Source of the DNA: Pelagibacteraceae bacterium AG-430-P08
GTDB lineage: Bacteria > Pseudomonadota > Alphaproteobacteria > Pelagibacterales > Pelagibacteraceae
Length of the DNA: 64,000 bases
Reading direction: 5' to 3'
NCBI GenBank assembly: GCA_003212925.1
Contig: QCOL01000001.1
Location: 69,145-133,144 of the forward strand
Shown here: positions 1-8,397 of the stretch, piece after piece
Position numbering within the stretch: position 1 is the stretch's first letter
How the letters are laid out: the number at the start of each line of letters is the position of its first letter
The notes under the pieces: model-generated
Database searches by the model: none
What the model was told of the DNA's origin: nothing
What the model saw: the letters and a program-made list of their open reading frames with translations, nothing else
Program-made: the position numbers and the translations under genes

Positions 1-412
1 CAATATCGGCCATCACATGAGTAGATTTTGAAATCTTTTTTATATCAGACCAATTACCTAATCTTTTTTCAATCTTATAATGATCTTTTACAGCAAAACC
101 ACTATCACTGCTAGAAGGATAGAAAGGTAAAAAATGAATAGCATTAAAGTATTTATTCAAATTTTTTTTAAAAAAATTTTGAAAAACTTGAATAGAACTT
201 TTTTGATTTGAATTAACGTTATCTCCGTAACATATCACTAACGAAGTTTTTTCTGAAATAGTAAGTTTTTTTTTTGAATTATTTTGATTAAATTTTTTGA
301 TTATTTGTATTATTTGATCTTTTAAATGATCAATATCTCTTTCATTCAAAGAGGGTTTGTAAATAGTCCTTAGTATAGAACTAATCTTTTTTTGGTTTTT
401 TTGAAATAGCAT
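1..412 (-). CDS. GH13_18 sucrose/glucosylglycerate phosphorylase family protein (N-terminal part; runs off window start)
   Basis: Manually translated from ATG at 412-410 (TAATG overlap with upstream stop): MLFQKNQKK...VICYGDNV...AIHFLPFYPSSSDSGFAVKDHY...VMADI, matching GH13_18 N-terminal motifs; lies downstream of gpgS/gpgP. Confidence 0.8.
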   Translation of the reverse strand, partial: MLFQKNQKKISSILRTIYKPSLNERDIDHLKDQIIQIIKKFNQNNSKKKLTISEKTSLVICYGDNVNSNQKSSIQVFQNFFKKNLNKYFNAIHFLPFYPSSSDSGFAVKDHYKIEKRLGNWSDIKKISKSTHVMADI

Positions 413-1632
413 TAAGAATGTTTTTTATTATCATCATTAACTACTTTTTCAAGTCTTCCAAGAAAATCTGGTATAGCACTTTTTACTCTGCTCCATGTTG
501 GTATAAAAGGAGTATCCATGGGATTTTGGATAAATGCTTCTCCAGCTTTCATTATATTTATTGCAAATAACTCAACAGCTTTTTCTTCCGTGTGTGAGTC
601 TAATTCTAGACCATTCATTGCTGCATCACTTCTATAAATATCAATTAGATCTAAGGCAGATCTGTAATATGTCGCTTTCAATGATCTAAATTTTTCTCTA
701 CTAAAGGTATTACCTTGAGTAGCTAATTTTTTAATGAATGTTTTAATTATATCTATAGACATTCTGGATAATCCCTTAGTTTCGTCATCTAAAGATAGAA
801 CCTGATGTTTATGATCGTAGGTATCAGCTAAATCAACTTGACAAATATTTTGTGGTGAGAAACTTCTTTGCATTTCAGATAAAATTCCTACCTCAATTCC
901 CCAATCGGACGAAATCCTTAACTCTGGTAAAACATTTCGTCTAAATGAAAACTCTCCAGCTAAAGGGTATTTAAAAGATTTCATAAAGTTTAAGTAATCA
1001 CTTTTACCAATCGTTTTTTCTAAAGCTGTTAATAGCGGGAAAACAAGTAATCTTGCAACTCTACCATTCATTTTGTTATTGGCTACCCTTGGATAGTACC
1101 CCTTACAAAACTCAAAGTTAAAAAGGGGATTTACAACTGGATAAAAAAGTTTTGCAAGCATTCTTCTATCATAAGTTTTGATATCACAATCATGTAAAGC
1201 AACTGAACGAGCACTGTCTCTTGCAATACACATGCCTATGCAATACCAAACATTTCGTCCTTTTCCCAACTCACTAGGAGCCAGATTATTTTTTTTTAAT
1301 TCTTGATCGAGTTTTTTTAATGCTGGACCATCATTCCAAAGGATAGAAAAGGGGGTTTTTAATTTTTTAAAAAATTTCCAAGCTTTTTTGGCTTGAGCTT
1401 CATTTGCTTTATCTAATCCAATAATTATGTGATCTAAATATTTGGTTTTACTTATTTCATCAATAATTTTTGGTAAGGCTTCGCCTTCTAACTCAGAATA
1501 GAGACATGGTAAAATTAATTCCATTTTTCTTTGTTTGGAAAATTTTGATAATTCACTTTCAATAACTGAAGTGGACTTAGTCCCAAAGTCATGTAAAGTT
1601 GAGATTATTCCATTTTGTGAAAAGTCACCCAT
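412..1632 (-). CDS. gpgS: glucosyl-3-phosphoglycerate synthase (GT-A glycosyltransferase)
   Basis: 406 aa; GKGRNVW, HDCD (DxD), GRVARL, YPLAGEF, DWGIEVG, YDHKHQ motifs of the GpgS/MpgS-like family; next to a HAD phosphatase. Confidence 0.8.
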   Translation of the reverse strand: MGDFSQNGIISTLHDFGTKSTSVIESELSKFSKQRKMELILPCLYSELEGEALPKIIDEISKTKYLDHIIIGLDKANEAQAKKAWKFFKKLKTPFSILWNDGPALKKLDQELKKNNLAPSELGKGRNVWYCIGMCIARDSARSVALHDCDIKTYDRRMLAKLFYPVVNPLFNFEFCKGYYPRVANNKMNGRVARLLVFPLLTALEKTIGKSDYLNFMKSFKYPLAGEFSFRRNVLPELRISSDWGIEVGILSEMQRSFSPQNICQVDLADTYDHKHQVLSLDDETKGLSRMSIDIIKTFIKKLATQGNTFSREKFRSLKATYYRSALDLIDIYRSDAAMNGLELDSHTEEKAVELFAINIMKAGEAFIQNPMDTPFIPTWSRVKSAIPDFLGRLEKVVNDDNKKHS

Positions 1633-1647
1633 GGCGGCTTTTTTATC

Positions 1648-2448
1648 CTAATAGTCCAATTTAAGTAGTGCCGTTTTGATCACATCAGCCCAGCCTTCAG
1701 GTGATGGCTTGTTTGAAAATATAAGATTATCAATGTTTATTTGATCTTGAATAAATTGATCATTGAATACTAAACAAGGAATGTCACAACTTTTTAACAT
1801 ATCTAGATCATTATAATTGTCGCCAACTGCAATTGTCTTAATTTTATCCTCAGTTTTTTTTAAAATTTTTATAACTCTATTCATAGATTTAACTTTATTA
1901 ATATTATCACAAAGGTTTAAAACACGCCCACCTTCTTGAAGAGTTAATGAATTGGAATTTAAAACTTTTAATAATTTATTTTTTTCATTTTTGTCTCCTT
2001 TAAATAAAAAAGGTAAAGTATATTTTCTATTTAAAGCATCTTTGAGTTTTACATCTTTTTGCCCTAATATATTTTCTTGTTCTTTTTTACTCATTTTTGA
2101 AATTTGAAAACATTTTTCTTTTAATTTTTCAGGAACTTTATTTTCAAATATTTTTAACAGTTCTTTTTTTTCTCTACTGAGAATAAGTTTATCTGGAAAA
2201 TTGGAGGTGATTAAATTTAATCCATGAATAGATGATCCATTTTCCGATATAAAAGGAAGATTTATTCCAAGCTCTTCATTGAATTTTTCAATTTCTTTTT
2301 CTGTTTTACTAGAATTTGGAATAATAATCACACCTTTATTTACAAGACTTTTTATATAATCTTTGATGCTGTCGAATTGAAAAGTATCTCTATGTAAAAG
2401 AGATCCATCTAAATCAGTAAAAATTACAACTGTAAATTTTTTTTTCAT
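1648..2448 (-). CDS. gpgP: glucosyl/mannosyl-3-phosphoglycerate phosphatase (HAD IIB)
   Basis: FTDLDGSLL motif I, SSKT, ENGS, GGR, GDNYNDLDML; context with gpgS. Confidence 0.8.
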   Translation of the reverse strand: MKKKFTVVIFTDLDGSLLHRDTFQFDSIKDYIKSLVNKGVIIIPNSSKTEKEIEKFNEELGINLPFISENGSSIHGLNLITSNFPDKLILSREKKELLKIFENKVPEKLKEKCFQISKMSKKEQENILGQKDVKLKDALNRKYTLPFLFKGDKNEKNKLLKVLNSNSLTLQEGGRVLNLCDNINKVKSMNRVIKILKKTEDKIKTIAVGDNYNDLDMLKSCDIPCLVFNDQFIQDQINIDNLIFSNKPSPEGWADVIKTALLKLDY

Positions 2449-2479
2449 TATTCATATTACTATAAATAATAGAAAATTT

Positions 2480-2626
2480 TTATCGAGTAAGAAGCAATGG
2501 TTTATTGTCTTTTTTTACTTTTTCTTTATTTTTTTGGTCACAATATTTCTTAAAAGTATAAGCTGCTGATACACCACCTATTAGTATAAATTTTAATACC
2601 TTTAATTTAATAAGTGTTTTAATCAT
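2480..2626 (-). CDS. small hypothetical protein (48 aa), absent from ORF track
   Basis: MIKTLIKLKVLKFILIGGVSAAYTFKKYCDQKNKEKVKKDNKPLLLTR*; ATG overlaps the TGA of the upstream ORF (ATGA) and the ORF fills the gap before gpgP. Confidence 0.5.
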   Translation of the reverse strand: MIKTLIKLKVLKFILIGGVSAAYTFKKYCDQKNKEKVKKDNKPLLLTR

Positions 2627-2832
2627 GATTTAATATCAAATTTTTCTAATAAAAATTGGATTACTAAATTGTAGATAAATACAAAACAAAAAATATAAAA
2701 TAGAAAAATTACTTCTTTAGAATTAAAGAGGTATCCAGTCGCGGTTAAAAGCACAATAAATAGGCTGATTGATAAAGCAAGCTTTGCCTGTGACTTTTTT
2801 TTTAAGTGAGATTTAACAATATTGCTTTTCAT
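2623..2832 (-). CDS. small membrane protein, two predicted TM helices
   Basis: 69 aa; basic N-terminus followed by two hydrophobic segments. Confidence 0.55.
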   Translation of the reverse strand: MKSNIVKSHLKKKSQAKLALSISLFIVLLTATGYLFNSKEVIFLFYIFCFVFIYNLVIQFLLEKFDIKS

Positions 2833-2962
2833 TAAATAATAATAACTATTAAAGATATTTATGCATTATGAATTTTGTCCTACCTGGACATTTGAATTGT
2901 AATGTTTTAACATTTACAACACTCATTTCTTTAATGTTTTGAAGTATTTATGATTAATAGTT

Positions 2963-5068
2963 GTGAAAAATATTTATAAAATTCATTACATTGTAATTTT
3001 TTTAGCTTTATTTTTTTCCAAAGCTATAGCGGAGCCAACCTTTGTGCAAAGCAAATCAATCGAGGCATCCACTTATTTTGGATTAACGTTCAATAATGAT
3101 GGAACAAAAATGTATACTTTAAGAAGTGAAGGAACAACGGATGCAATTATTGAACATATATTAACTACCGCATATGACATTTCAACGGCAACCGTAAATA
3201 ATACTAAAGTAGTACATGTAAGTGGAGGTAATAACTCTCATGTACCAACACAAGTAGTGTTCAATAACGATGGAACAAAAATGTTTATTGTTAACCATGC
3301 TGGTAGAAAGACAGTAGATTACTGGTCACTAACCACTGCATTTGATGTTTCAACTGCTACATTTGATGGCGAATATAGTCTCATTGGTAAAGAACAAAGA
3401 GCTAATTCAATTGCATTTAATAATGATGGTACCAGAATGTTTATTGCTGGAGTAGGAAATGATTTACAAGTGCGTATTCATGAATTTTCACTAGATACAG
3501 CATTTGATCTTAGCTCAGGAGTTACTCAACTTAATACTGAAGACCTAATTTCTTTTCAAAATCACATAGATGGAGTTACTTTTAATTACGATGGTACTAA
3601 AATGTATACCATTAATAGTAAAAATGATGAAGATAAGATTTTTCAGTTTGAATTAACTACACCTTATGATGTTTCTACTTTATCCCTTGAAGGTACTTTT
3701 GATGTAAGTTCTGTAAGTGAAGAGCCAAGAGAAGTTGTGTTTAGTAATGATGGAAGTAAAATGTTTATCATTGATAATGACGATAATAAAATTCATGAAT
3801 TTAACCTAAGTTGTGATTGGAGTGTAATTGATGGTGCTTGTGATGATCCAATTACTACTTCTGATCAGGGTAAAGATATTTTAAGCTCAATCGAGTCTCA
3901 AACTGCAACAGCAAAGCAAATTGCTATTCAAGCAAGTACCCCAGTTCTTAACCGTATGTATTGGTTAAGAAGACATAGAAATAATGATCAATTAAGTGAT
4001 CAAAATATTAGATTAAACTTTTCTAATTCAATGGTTGCATCGCTTTCTAACATTATTCCTATATCAAATAAAACAAATCAAGTTCTAGACAAATTATCAG
4101 ATGATTGGTCATTTTGGAGTGAGGGTAGTGTAAGTTTTGGTAGAACTGGAGACACATCTAATTCATCATCAAAGAAAATTAATACCAGAGGTATTACACT
4201 TGGCATGGATAAAAAGATAAGCGAAAATAGATTATACGGTTATGCTTTTAGATTAGGTAAAGACGATGTTGATGTCGGCACATCTGGGACTAGTTTAGAT
4301 ACTGACTCTTTTAGTGTATCTTATTATGGAACTTTTATACATGATGATAAAAGATTTACAGAAGGCATCATTGGAATGAGCACTTTAAAAACTGATCATA
4401 TTAGAAAAGGGGGAGGAAGCACAAGAACAGGAGAGAGAGATGGTGCACAAATATTTGGTTCACTTAACTACTTAACAACATATAAAAAAGAAAATTTTAA
4501 TATTACTCCTAATTTCAGAATTGATTTAAGCTATACAGAATTGTCGACATATAGAGAAAAAGGTCCTTCAGCTTTAGTTTTTAAATCTCAAACAATTGAA
4601 ACTGGAATGATATCTGCTGGTTTTACCATAAGTGATATTTTAAATTTTGATACTTTTACTTTTAAACCAAATGGTGGATTAGAGCTTGGAGTAGATTTTA
4701 GTCCGTCTTCAGATGCAAAATATCGTTACCTATCGGAAACTACGGAATACACAAAATCTATCAGCCAAGACTCAAAAAATTTAAGAGCAAATATTGGATT
4801 TGATATATTAACAAATGATGGTTTTTCTGTAATGACTATTTATGAGAGAAATCAAAGTGATAATTCTCATAGTGATACTTTATATTTAGGATTTGGTTAT
4901 GTACCAACTGACAATATTGAATACGCTATGACTTTAGATAATGACAAAGCATCTTTAAGTTATAAGAGAGATTTAAATGGTTTTGATATCAGAATGAGTT
5001 CGAATTATAGCCTGATGAGTCAAATACCTGAATATGGTGCAACCCTAGAAATTGTAAATACATTTTAG
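2963..5068 (+). CDS. autotransporter-like outer membrane protein with beta-propeller passenger
   Basis: Signal peptide (AIA-E); about five repeats of FN(N/Y)DGT(K/R)M...LTTA(Y/F)DVST; amphipathic beta-strands from WSFWSEG to a terminal Phe. Confidence 0.75.
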   Translation: MKNIYKIHYIVIFLALFFSKAIAEPTFVQSKSIEASTYFGLTFNNDGTKMYTLRSEGTTDAIIEHILTTAYDISTATVNNTKVVHVSGGNNSHVPTQVVFNNDGTKMFIVNHAGRKTVDYWSLTTAFDVSTATFDGEYSLIGKEQRANSIAFNNDGTRMFIAGVGNDLQVRIHEFSLDTAFDLSSGVTQLNTEDLISFQNHIDGVTFNYDGTKMYTINSKNDEDKIFQFELTTPYDVSTLSLEGTFDVSSVSEEPREVVFSNDGSKMFIIDNDDNKIHEFNLSCDWSVIDGACDDPITTSDQGKDILSSIESQTATAKQIAIQASTPVLNRMYWLRRHRNNDQLSDQNIRLNFSNSMVASLSNIIPISNKTNQVLDKLSDDWSFWSEGSVSFGRTGDTSNSSSKKINTRGITLGMDKKISENRLYGYAFRLGKDDVDVGTSGTSLDTDSFSVSYYGTFIHDDKRFTEGIIGMSTLKTDHIRKGGGSTRTGERDGAQIFGSLNYLTTYKKENFNITPNFRIDLSYTELSTYREKGPSALVFKSQTIETGMISAGFTISDILNFDTFTFKPNGGLELGVDFSPSSDAKYRYLSETTEYTKSISQDSKNLRANIGFDILTNDGFSVMTIYERNQSDNSHSDTLYLGFGYVPTDNIEYAMTLDNDKASLSYKRDLNGFDIRMSSNYSLMSQIPEYGATLEIVNTF

Positions 5069-5127
5069 TAAATTTAACCAAAACTCCATAGGATAATATG
5101 GGATAACTAGAACTAGACTAGAACCTG

Positions 5128-5248
5128 GAGAGATAAAATAAAAAAATTTTACTTATTGGACTTGTTCAATTATAAATATTGGCATAAACACTCATGAAAT
5201 TCATTAATGCCCTCGTGGTGAAATTGGTAGACACAAAGGACTTAAAAT
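5128..5248 (+). repeat. 121-bp direct repeat copy 1 (tRNA-Leu upstream region + 5' half); copy 2 at 8226-8346
   Basis: Ungapped alignment by eye gives 4 mismatches in 121 bp; identity stops one base after the anticodon loop (GGACTTAAAAT). Confidence 0.92.
5209..5248 (+). pseudogene. 5' half of tRNA-Leu(TAA) (att scar)
   Basis: GCCCTCGTGGTGAAATTGGTAGACACAAAGGACTTAAAAT is identical to 8307-8346, then diverges with no T-arm or acceptor 3' strand. Confidence 0.92.
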
Positions 5249-5373
5249 AGTTTGTGTTCAGTATTTTTTTAGTCTCTAATAGTCTCTAAAGGTCTTTATC
5301 CCTTATAATCCTATATGTTTTTAAATCATTGGATTATTTTTATTGGAAAATCCTATTAACTAATTCACAGATT

Positions 5374-5406
5374 CTCGGACCATTCTCGGACATAGAGAGA
5401 TAAAAT
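5374..5406 (+). repeat. 33-bp perfect direct repeat flanking the RM gene (copy 2 at 8205-8237)
   Basis: CTCGGACCATTCTCGGACATAGAGAGATAAAAT at both sites; contains CTCGGAC twice at 11-bp spacing. Confidence 0.92.
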
Positions 5407-5430
5407 GATATAATAATTAATAATAAAATT

Positions 5431-8169
5431 ATGATACTTAGTTGGAATGAAATATCGACAAGAGCAAAACGATTTTCTAATACCTATAAAGATGCAGGTT
5501 ATGAAAGAGGTGAAACACAAAGTTTTTATAATGATTTTTTTGAAGTTTTCGGTCGCAGAAGAAGAGATGTGGCAGTTTATGAAAGAGCAGTTTCTAGATT
5601 AAACAACAACAGAGGATTTATTGATTTATTTTGGAAAGGAACACTTTTAGTAGAGCAAAAATCCGAAGGAAGGAATTTAGATAGAGCTTTAGTTCAGGCA
5701 GAGGACTATTACTTGAATTTAGATGAAAATGATAGACCCAGATATATCTTAGTATCAGATTTTCAAAATTTTGAATTTTTAGATCTAGAAAAAAATAAAT
5801 TAAAAAAATTTAAACTTAAAGATCTTTACAAAAATATAAAGTTATTCGATTTTATTGCTGGTAGAAAACAAGAAACTTATACTGATCAAGATCCAGTAAA
5901 TATTAAAGCTGCACAAATCATTGGAAAATTATTTCATTCAATAAAATCCTCAGGATTTAACGAGAAAGATCTTGAAATTTTTTTAACTCGAATTGTTTAT
6001 TGCTTATTTGCAGAGGATACTGGTATTTTTCAACCTAATATTTTTAGAAGTTATTTAGAGGAAAAAACAAATATAGATGGTTCTGATGTAGGATCAAAGT
6101 TAACTGAACTTTTTCAAATATTAAATACAAAAACAGAGGAAAGACAATTAAATTTAGACGAAGATTTAAAAATTTTTCCATATATTAATGGCGATCTATT
6201 TTCTGAAGATATGAATATCCCTTCTTTAACTTCTGACATGAGGAAAAAAATAATAAATTGTTGTTCGCTGGATTGGAGTAGAGTTTCTCCTGCACTCTTT
6301 GGTTCTTTATTTCAAACAGTTTTAAATATAGATGAACAAAGAGATGAAGGCGCTCACTATACAAGTGAAAAAAATATATTAAAAACAATCAAACCATTAT
6401 TTCTGGATTATTTGTATTCAAAACTTAAAAAACTAAAAGATGATAGGAGCACCCAGAAAATTTCAAGGTTAAAAGCTTTTCACGATGAAATTAGCACTTT
6501 AAATTTTTTAGATCCCGCATGTGGTTGTGGAAATTTCCTTATAGTTGCTTATAGAGAGCTAAGAATTTTAGAAATTGAAATATTTAAAGAAATATATCCA
6601 AGTAATCAACTTCAATTGGATGTAAATATTCTATCTAGAGTAACAGTAGATCAGTTTTATGGAATTGAATTAAATCATTTTGCTGTAAGAATTGCTAAAA
6701 TTGCAATGTGGCTTGTTGATCATCAAATGAACCAAGCTTTATCAGATTTATATGGAATTGCCTACACTAGGATTCCAATCCATGACTCAAAAAAAATTAT
6801 AAGAGAAAATGCATTAAAGTTTGATTGGAAATCATTAATAAATCCTAATGCGTGCAATTATATATTGGGCAATCCTCCATTTGTTGGGCCAAGGTTTATG
6901 ACAGATGAGCAAAAAAATGATTTATTAGATTTATTTAAAGATGTTAAAGGAAATGGTGAATTAGATTTTGTTTCTTGCTGGTTTTTAAAAGCTGCAGATT
7001 TCATTGATGAATCAAATACGAGAGTTGCTTTTGTTTCAACAAATTCAATTACTCAAGGAGAACAAGTTGGAATATTATGGAATGAGCTAATAAATAACAA
7101 AAAAATTGATATTTTTTTCGCTCATAGAACTTTTAAGTGGACCATAGATGAAAAAAGAGTTTCAGGTATGCATATTGCAAACGTCTTAGTAGTGATTATT
7201 GGTTTTAACAAAAATGATAAAGTTAAGTTAAAAAAAATATACAACTACAAAAGTATTGTTGAAGATCCTGAGGAGATTGTTGTAGAAAAAATAAATCCTT
7301 ATTTAATACCTGCAGATAACATTTTTATACATAAATTGAATACACAGATTGATAATTATCCAGAGATGAAATTTGGAAGCATGCCCAATGATGGTGGTAA
7401 TTTTTTAATTGATGATGATGAATATCAGGAATTATCAAATAATCAAAATTCGGCAAAATTATTACAATTCGTTAAACCATTTATAGGTGCGAGAGAGTTT
7501 ATTTCAGGTAAAAAAAAATGGTGCATTTGGTTAAAAGATGTACCAACCAATGAATGGTCTTCTTCAAATGAAATTATCGAAAGAGTACAAAATGTAAAAT
7601 CTATTAGATCTAACAGTAAAAGAAAAGCTACGAGACTATTAGCAAATCAACCTTATTTATTTGGTGAAATTAGACAACCATCTTCAAATTTTATTTTAAT
7701 CCCAAGAGTTTCAAGTAGTAGACGTGAATACATACCAATAGGTTTTTTTAATAAAGATAGTATAGCAGGAGATAGCTGCATTTTAATTCCAGACGGAACT
7801 TTAGAAATTTTTAGTATTCTTAATTCATCTGTTCATATGGTATGGGTTAAAAATATCTGTGGCAGACTTAAAGATGATTATAGGTATTCAATAGAAATTG
7901 TTTATAATAATTTTCCATTTGTTAAAATAGAGGAGATTGACAAAAGTAAATTATCAGATTTATCTAATTTAATATTAGAATTTAGAAAAAATTCAGATCA
8001 AACTTTAGAAACTTTATATAATCCACTTTTAATGCCGATTGAACTTCGTAGAATACATGAAAAAATAAATAAATTAGTTTATAAGATTTATGATTTACCA
8101 TCTGATACGACAGATGCAGAAATAATGAGCAAATTATTTAAACTGCGAAAAGAGAGGTCTTTATTGTAA
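5431..8169 (+). CDS. Type IIL (MmeI-like) fused restriction endonuclease / N6-adenine methyltransferase
   Basis: 912 aa; N-terminal D-x-ExK nuclease (FIDLFWKGTLLVEQKS), GAHYT, motif I FLDPACGCGNF, motif IV GNPPF, STNSITQGEQV, and C-terminal GRLKDDYRYS...YNNFPF typical of the MmeI family. Confidence 0.9.
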   Translation: MILSWNEISTRAKRFSNTYKDAGYERGETQSFYNDFFEVFGRRRRDVAVYERAVSRLNNNRGFIDLFWKGTLLVEQKSEGRNLDRALVQAEDYYLNLDENDRPRYILVSDFQNFEFLDLEKNKLKKFKLKDLYKNIKLFDFIAGRKQETYTDQDPVNIKAAQIIGKLFHSIKSSGFNEKDLEIFLTRIVYCLFAEDTGIFQPNIFRSYLEEKTNIDGSDVGSKLTELFQILNTKTEERQLNLDEDLKIFPYINGDLFSEDMNIPSLTSDMRKKIINCCSLDWSRVSPALFGSLFQTVLNIDEQRDEGAHYTSEKNILKTIKPLFLDYLYSKLKKLKDDRSTQKISRLKAFHDEISTLNFLDPACGCGNFLIVAYRELRILEIEIFKEIYPSNQLQLDVNILSRVTVDQFYGIELNHFAVRIAKIAMWLVDHQMNQALSDLYGIAYTRIPIHDSKKIIRENALKFDWKSLINPNACNYILGNPPFVGPRFMTDEQKNDLLDLFKDVKGNGELDFVSCWFLKAADFIDESNTRVAFVSTNSITQGEQVGILWNELINNKKIDIFFAHRTFKWTIDEKRVSGMHIANVLVVIIGFNKNDKVKLKKIYNYKSIVEDPEEIVVEKINPYLIPADNIFIHKLNTQIDNYPEMKFGSMPNDGGNFLIDDDEYQELSNNQNSAKLLQFVKPFIGAREFISGKKKWCIWLKDVPTNEWSSSNEIIERVQNVKSIRSNSKRKATRLLANQPYLFGEIRQPSSNFILIPRVSSSRREYIPIGFFNKDSIAGDSCILIPDGTLEIFSILNSSVHMVWVKNICGRLKDDYRYSIEIVYNNFPFVKIEEIDKSKLSDLSNLILEFRKNSDQTLETLYNPLLMPIELRRIHEKINKLVYKIYDLPSDTTDAEIMSKLFKLRKERSLL

Positions 8170-8258
8170 ACGGCTGATATTTATTATGGGAATTTATAGG
8201 ACAACTCGGACCATTCTCGGACATAGAGAGATAAAATAAAAAAAATTTACTTATTCAT

Positions 8259-8288
8259 CTTGTTCAATTATAAATATTGGCATAAACA
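8259..8288 (+). promoter_or_regulatory. candidate sigma70-type promoter for tRNA-Leu/nadK (duplicated at 5161-5190)
   Basis: CTTGTTC...CATAAACA with about 17-bp spacing, 18 bp upstream of the tRNA; conserved in both repeat copies. Confidence 0.4.
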
Positions 8289-8306
8289 CTCATGAAATTC
8301 ATTAAT

Positions 8307-8392
8307 GCCCTCGTGGTGAAATTGGTAGACACAAAGGACTTAAAATCCTTGCCGCTTGCGGAGTGCCAGTTCGAGTCTGGCCGAGGGCACCA
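8307..8392 (+). tRNA. tRNA-Leu(TAA)
   Basis: Acceptor GCCCTCG/CGAGGGC, anticodon arm AAGGA-CTTAAAA-TCCTT, long variable arm, GTTCGAG T-loop, encoded CCA. Confidence 0.97.
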
Positions 8393-8397
8393 TTAAA

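Larger units (their letters stand above)
5088..5314. repeat. 19-bp imperfect inverted repeat (5088-5106 / 5296-5314) bracketing the half tRNA; putative integrase arm-type sites
   Basis: Reverse complement of ATAGGATAATATGGGATAA is TTATCCCATATTATCCTAT, versus TTATCCCTTATAATCCTAT (17/19); short tandem motifs ACTAGA (5106-5122) and AGTCTCTAA x2 (5271-5289) lie inside. Confidence 0.6.
5249..8346. mobile_element. tRNA-Leu-integrated, integrase-less cassette carrying an MmeI-like RM gene
   Basis: Bounded by duplicated promoter + 5' tRNA half; single cargo gene; no recombinase inside or elsewhere in the window. Confidence 0.75.

Noticed and set aside
5088-5406. Short repeats as a CRISPR array
   Set aside because: Units are 6-11 bp with no unique 30-40 bp spacers, the 33-bp repeat has only two copies 2.8 kb apart, and no cas genes are present.
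5249-8346. Prophage or IS element
   Set aside because: No integrase, transposase or virion genes; the only cargo is the RM gene.
8356-8397. N-terminal extension of NAD kinase in the ORF track
   Set aside because: It overlaps tRNA-Leu; ATG 8398 gives a normal-length protein.
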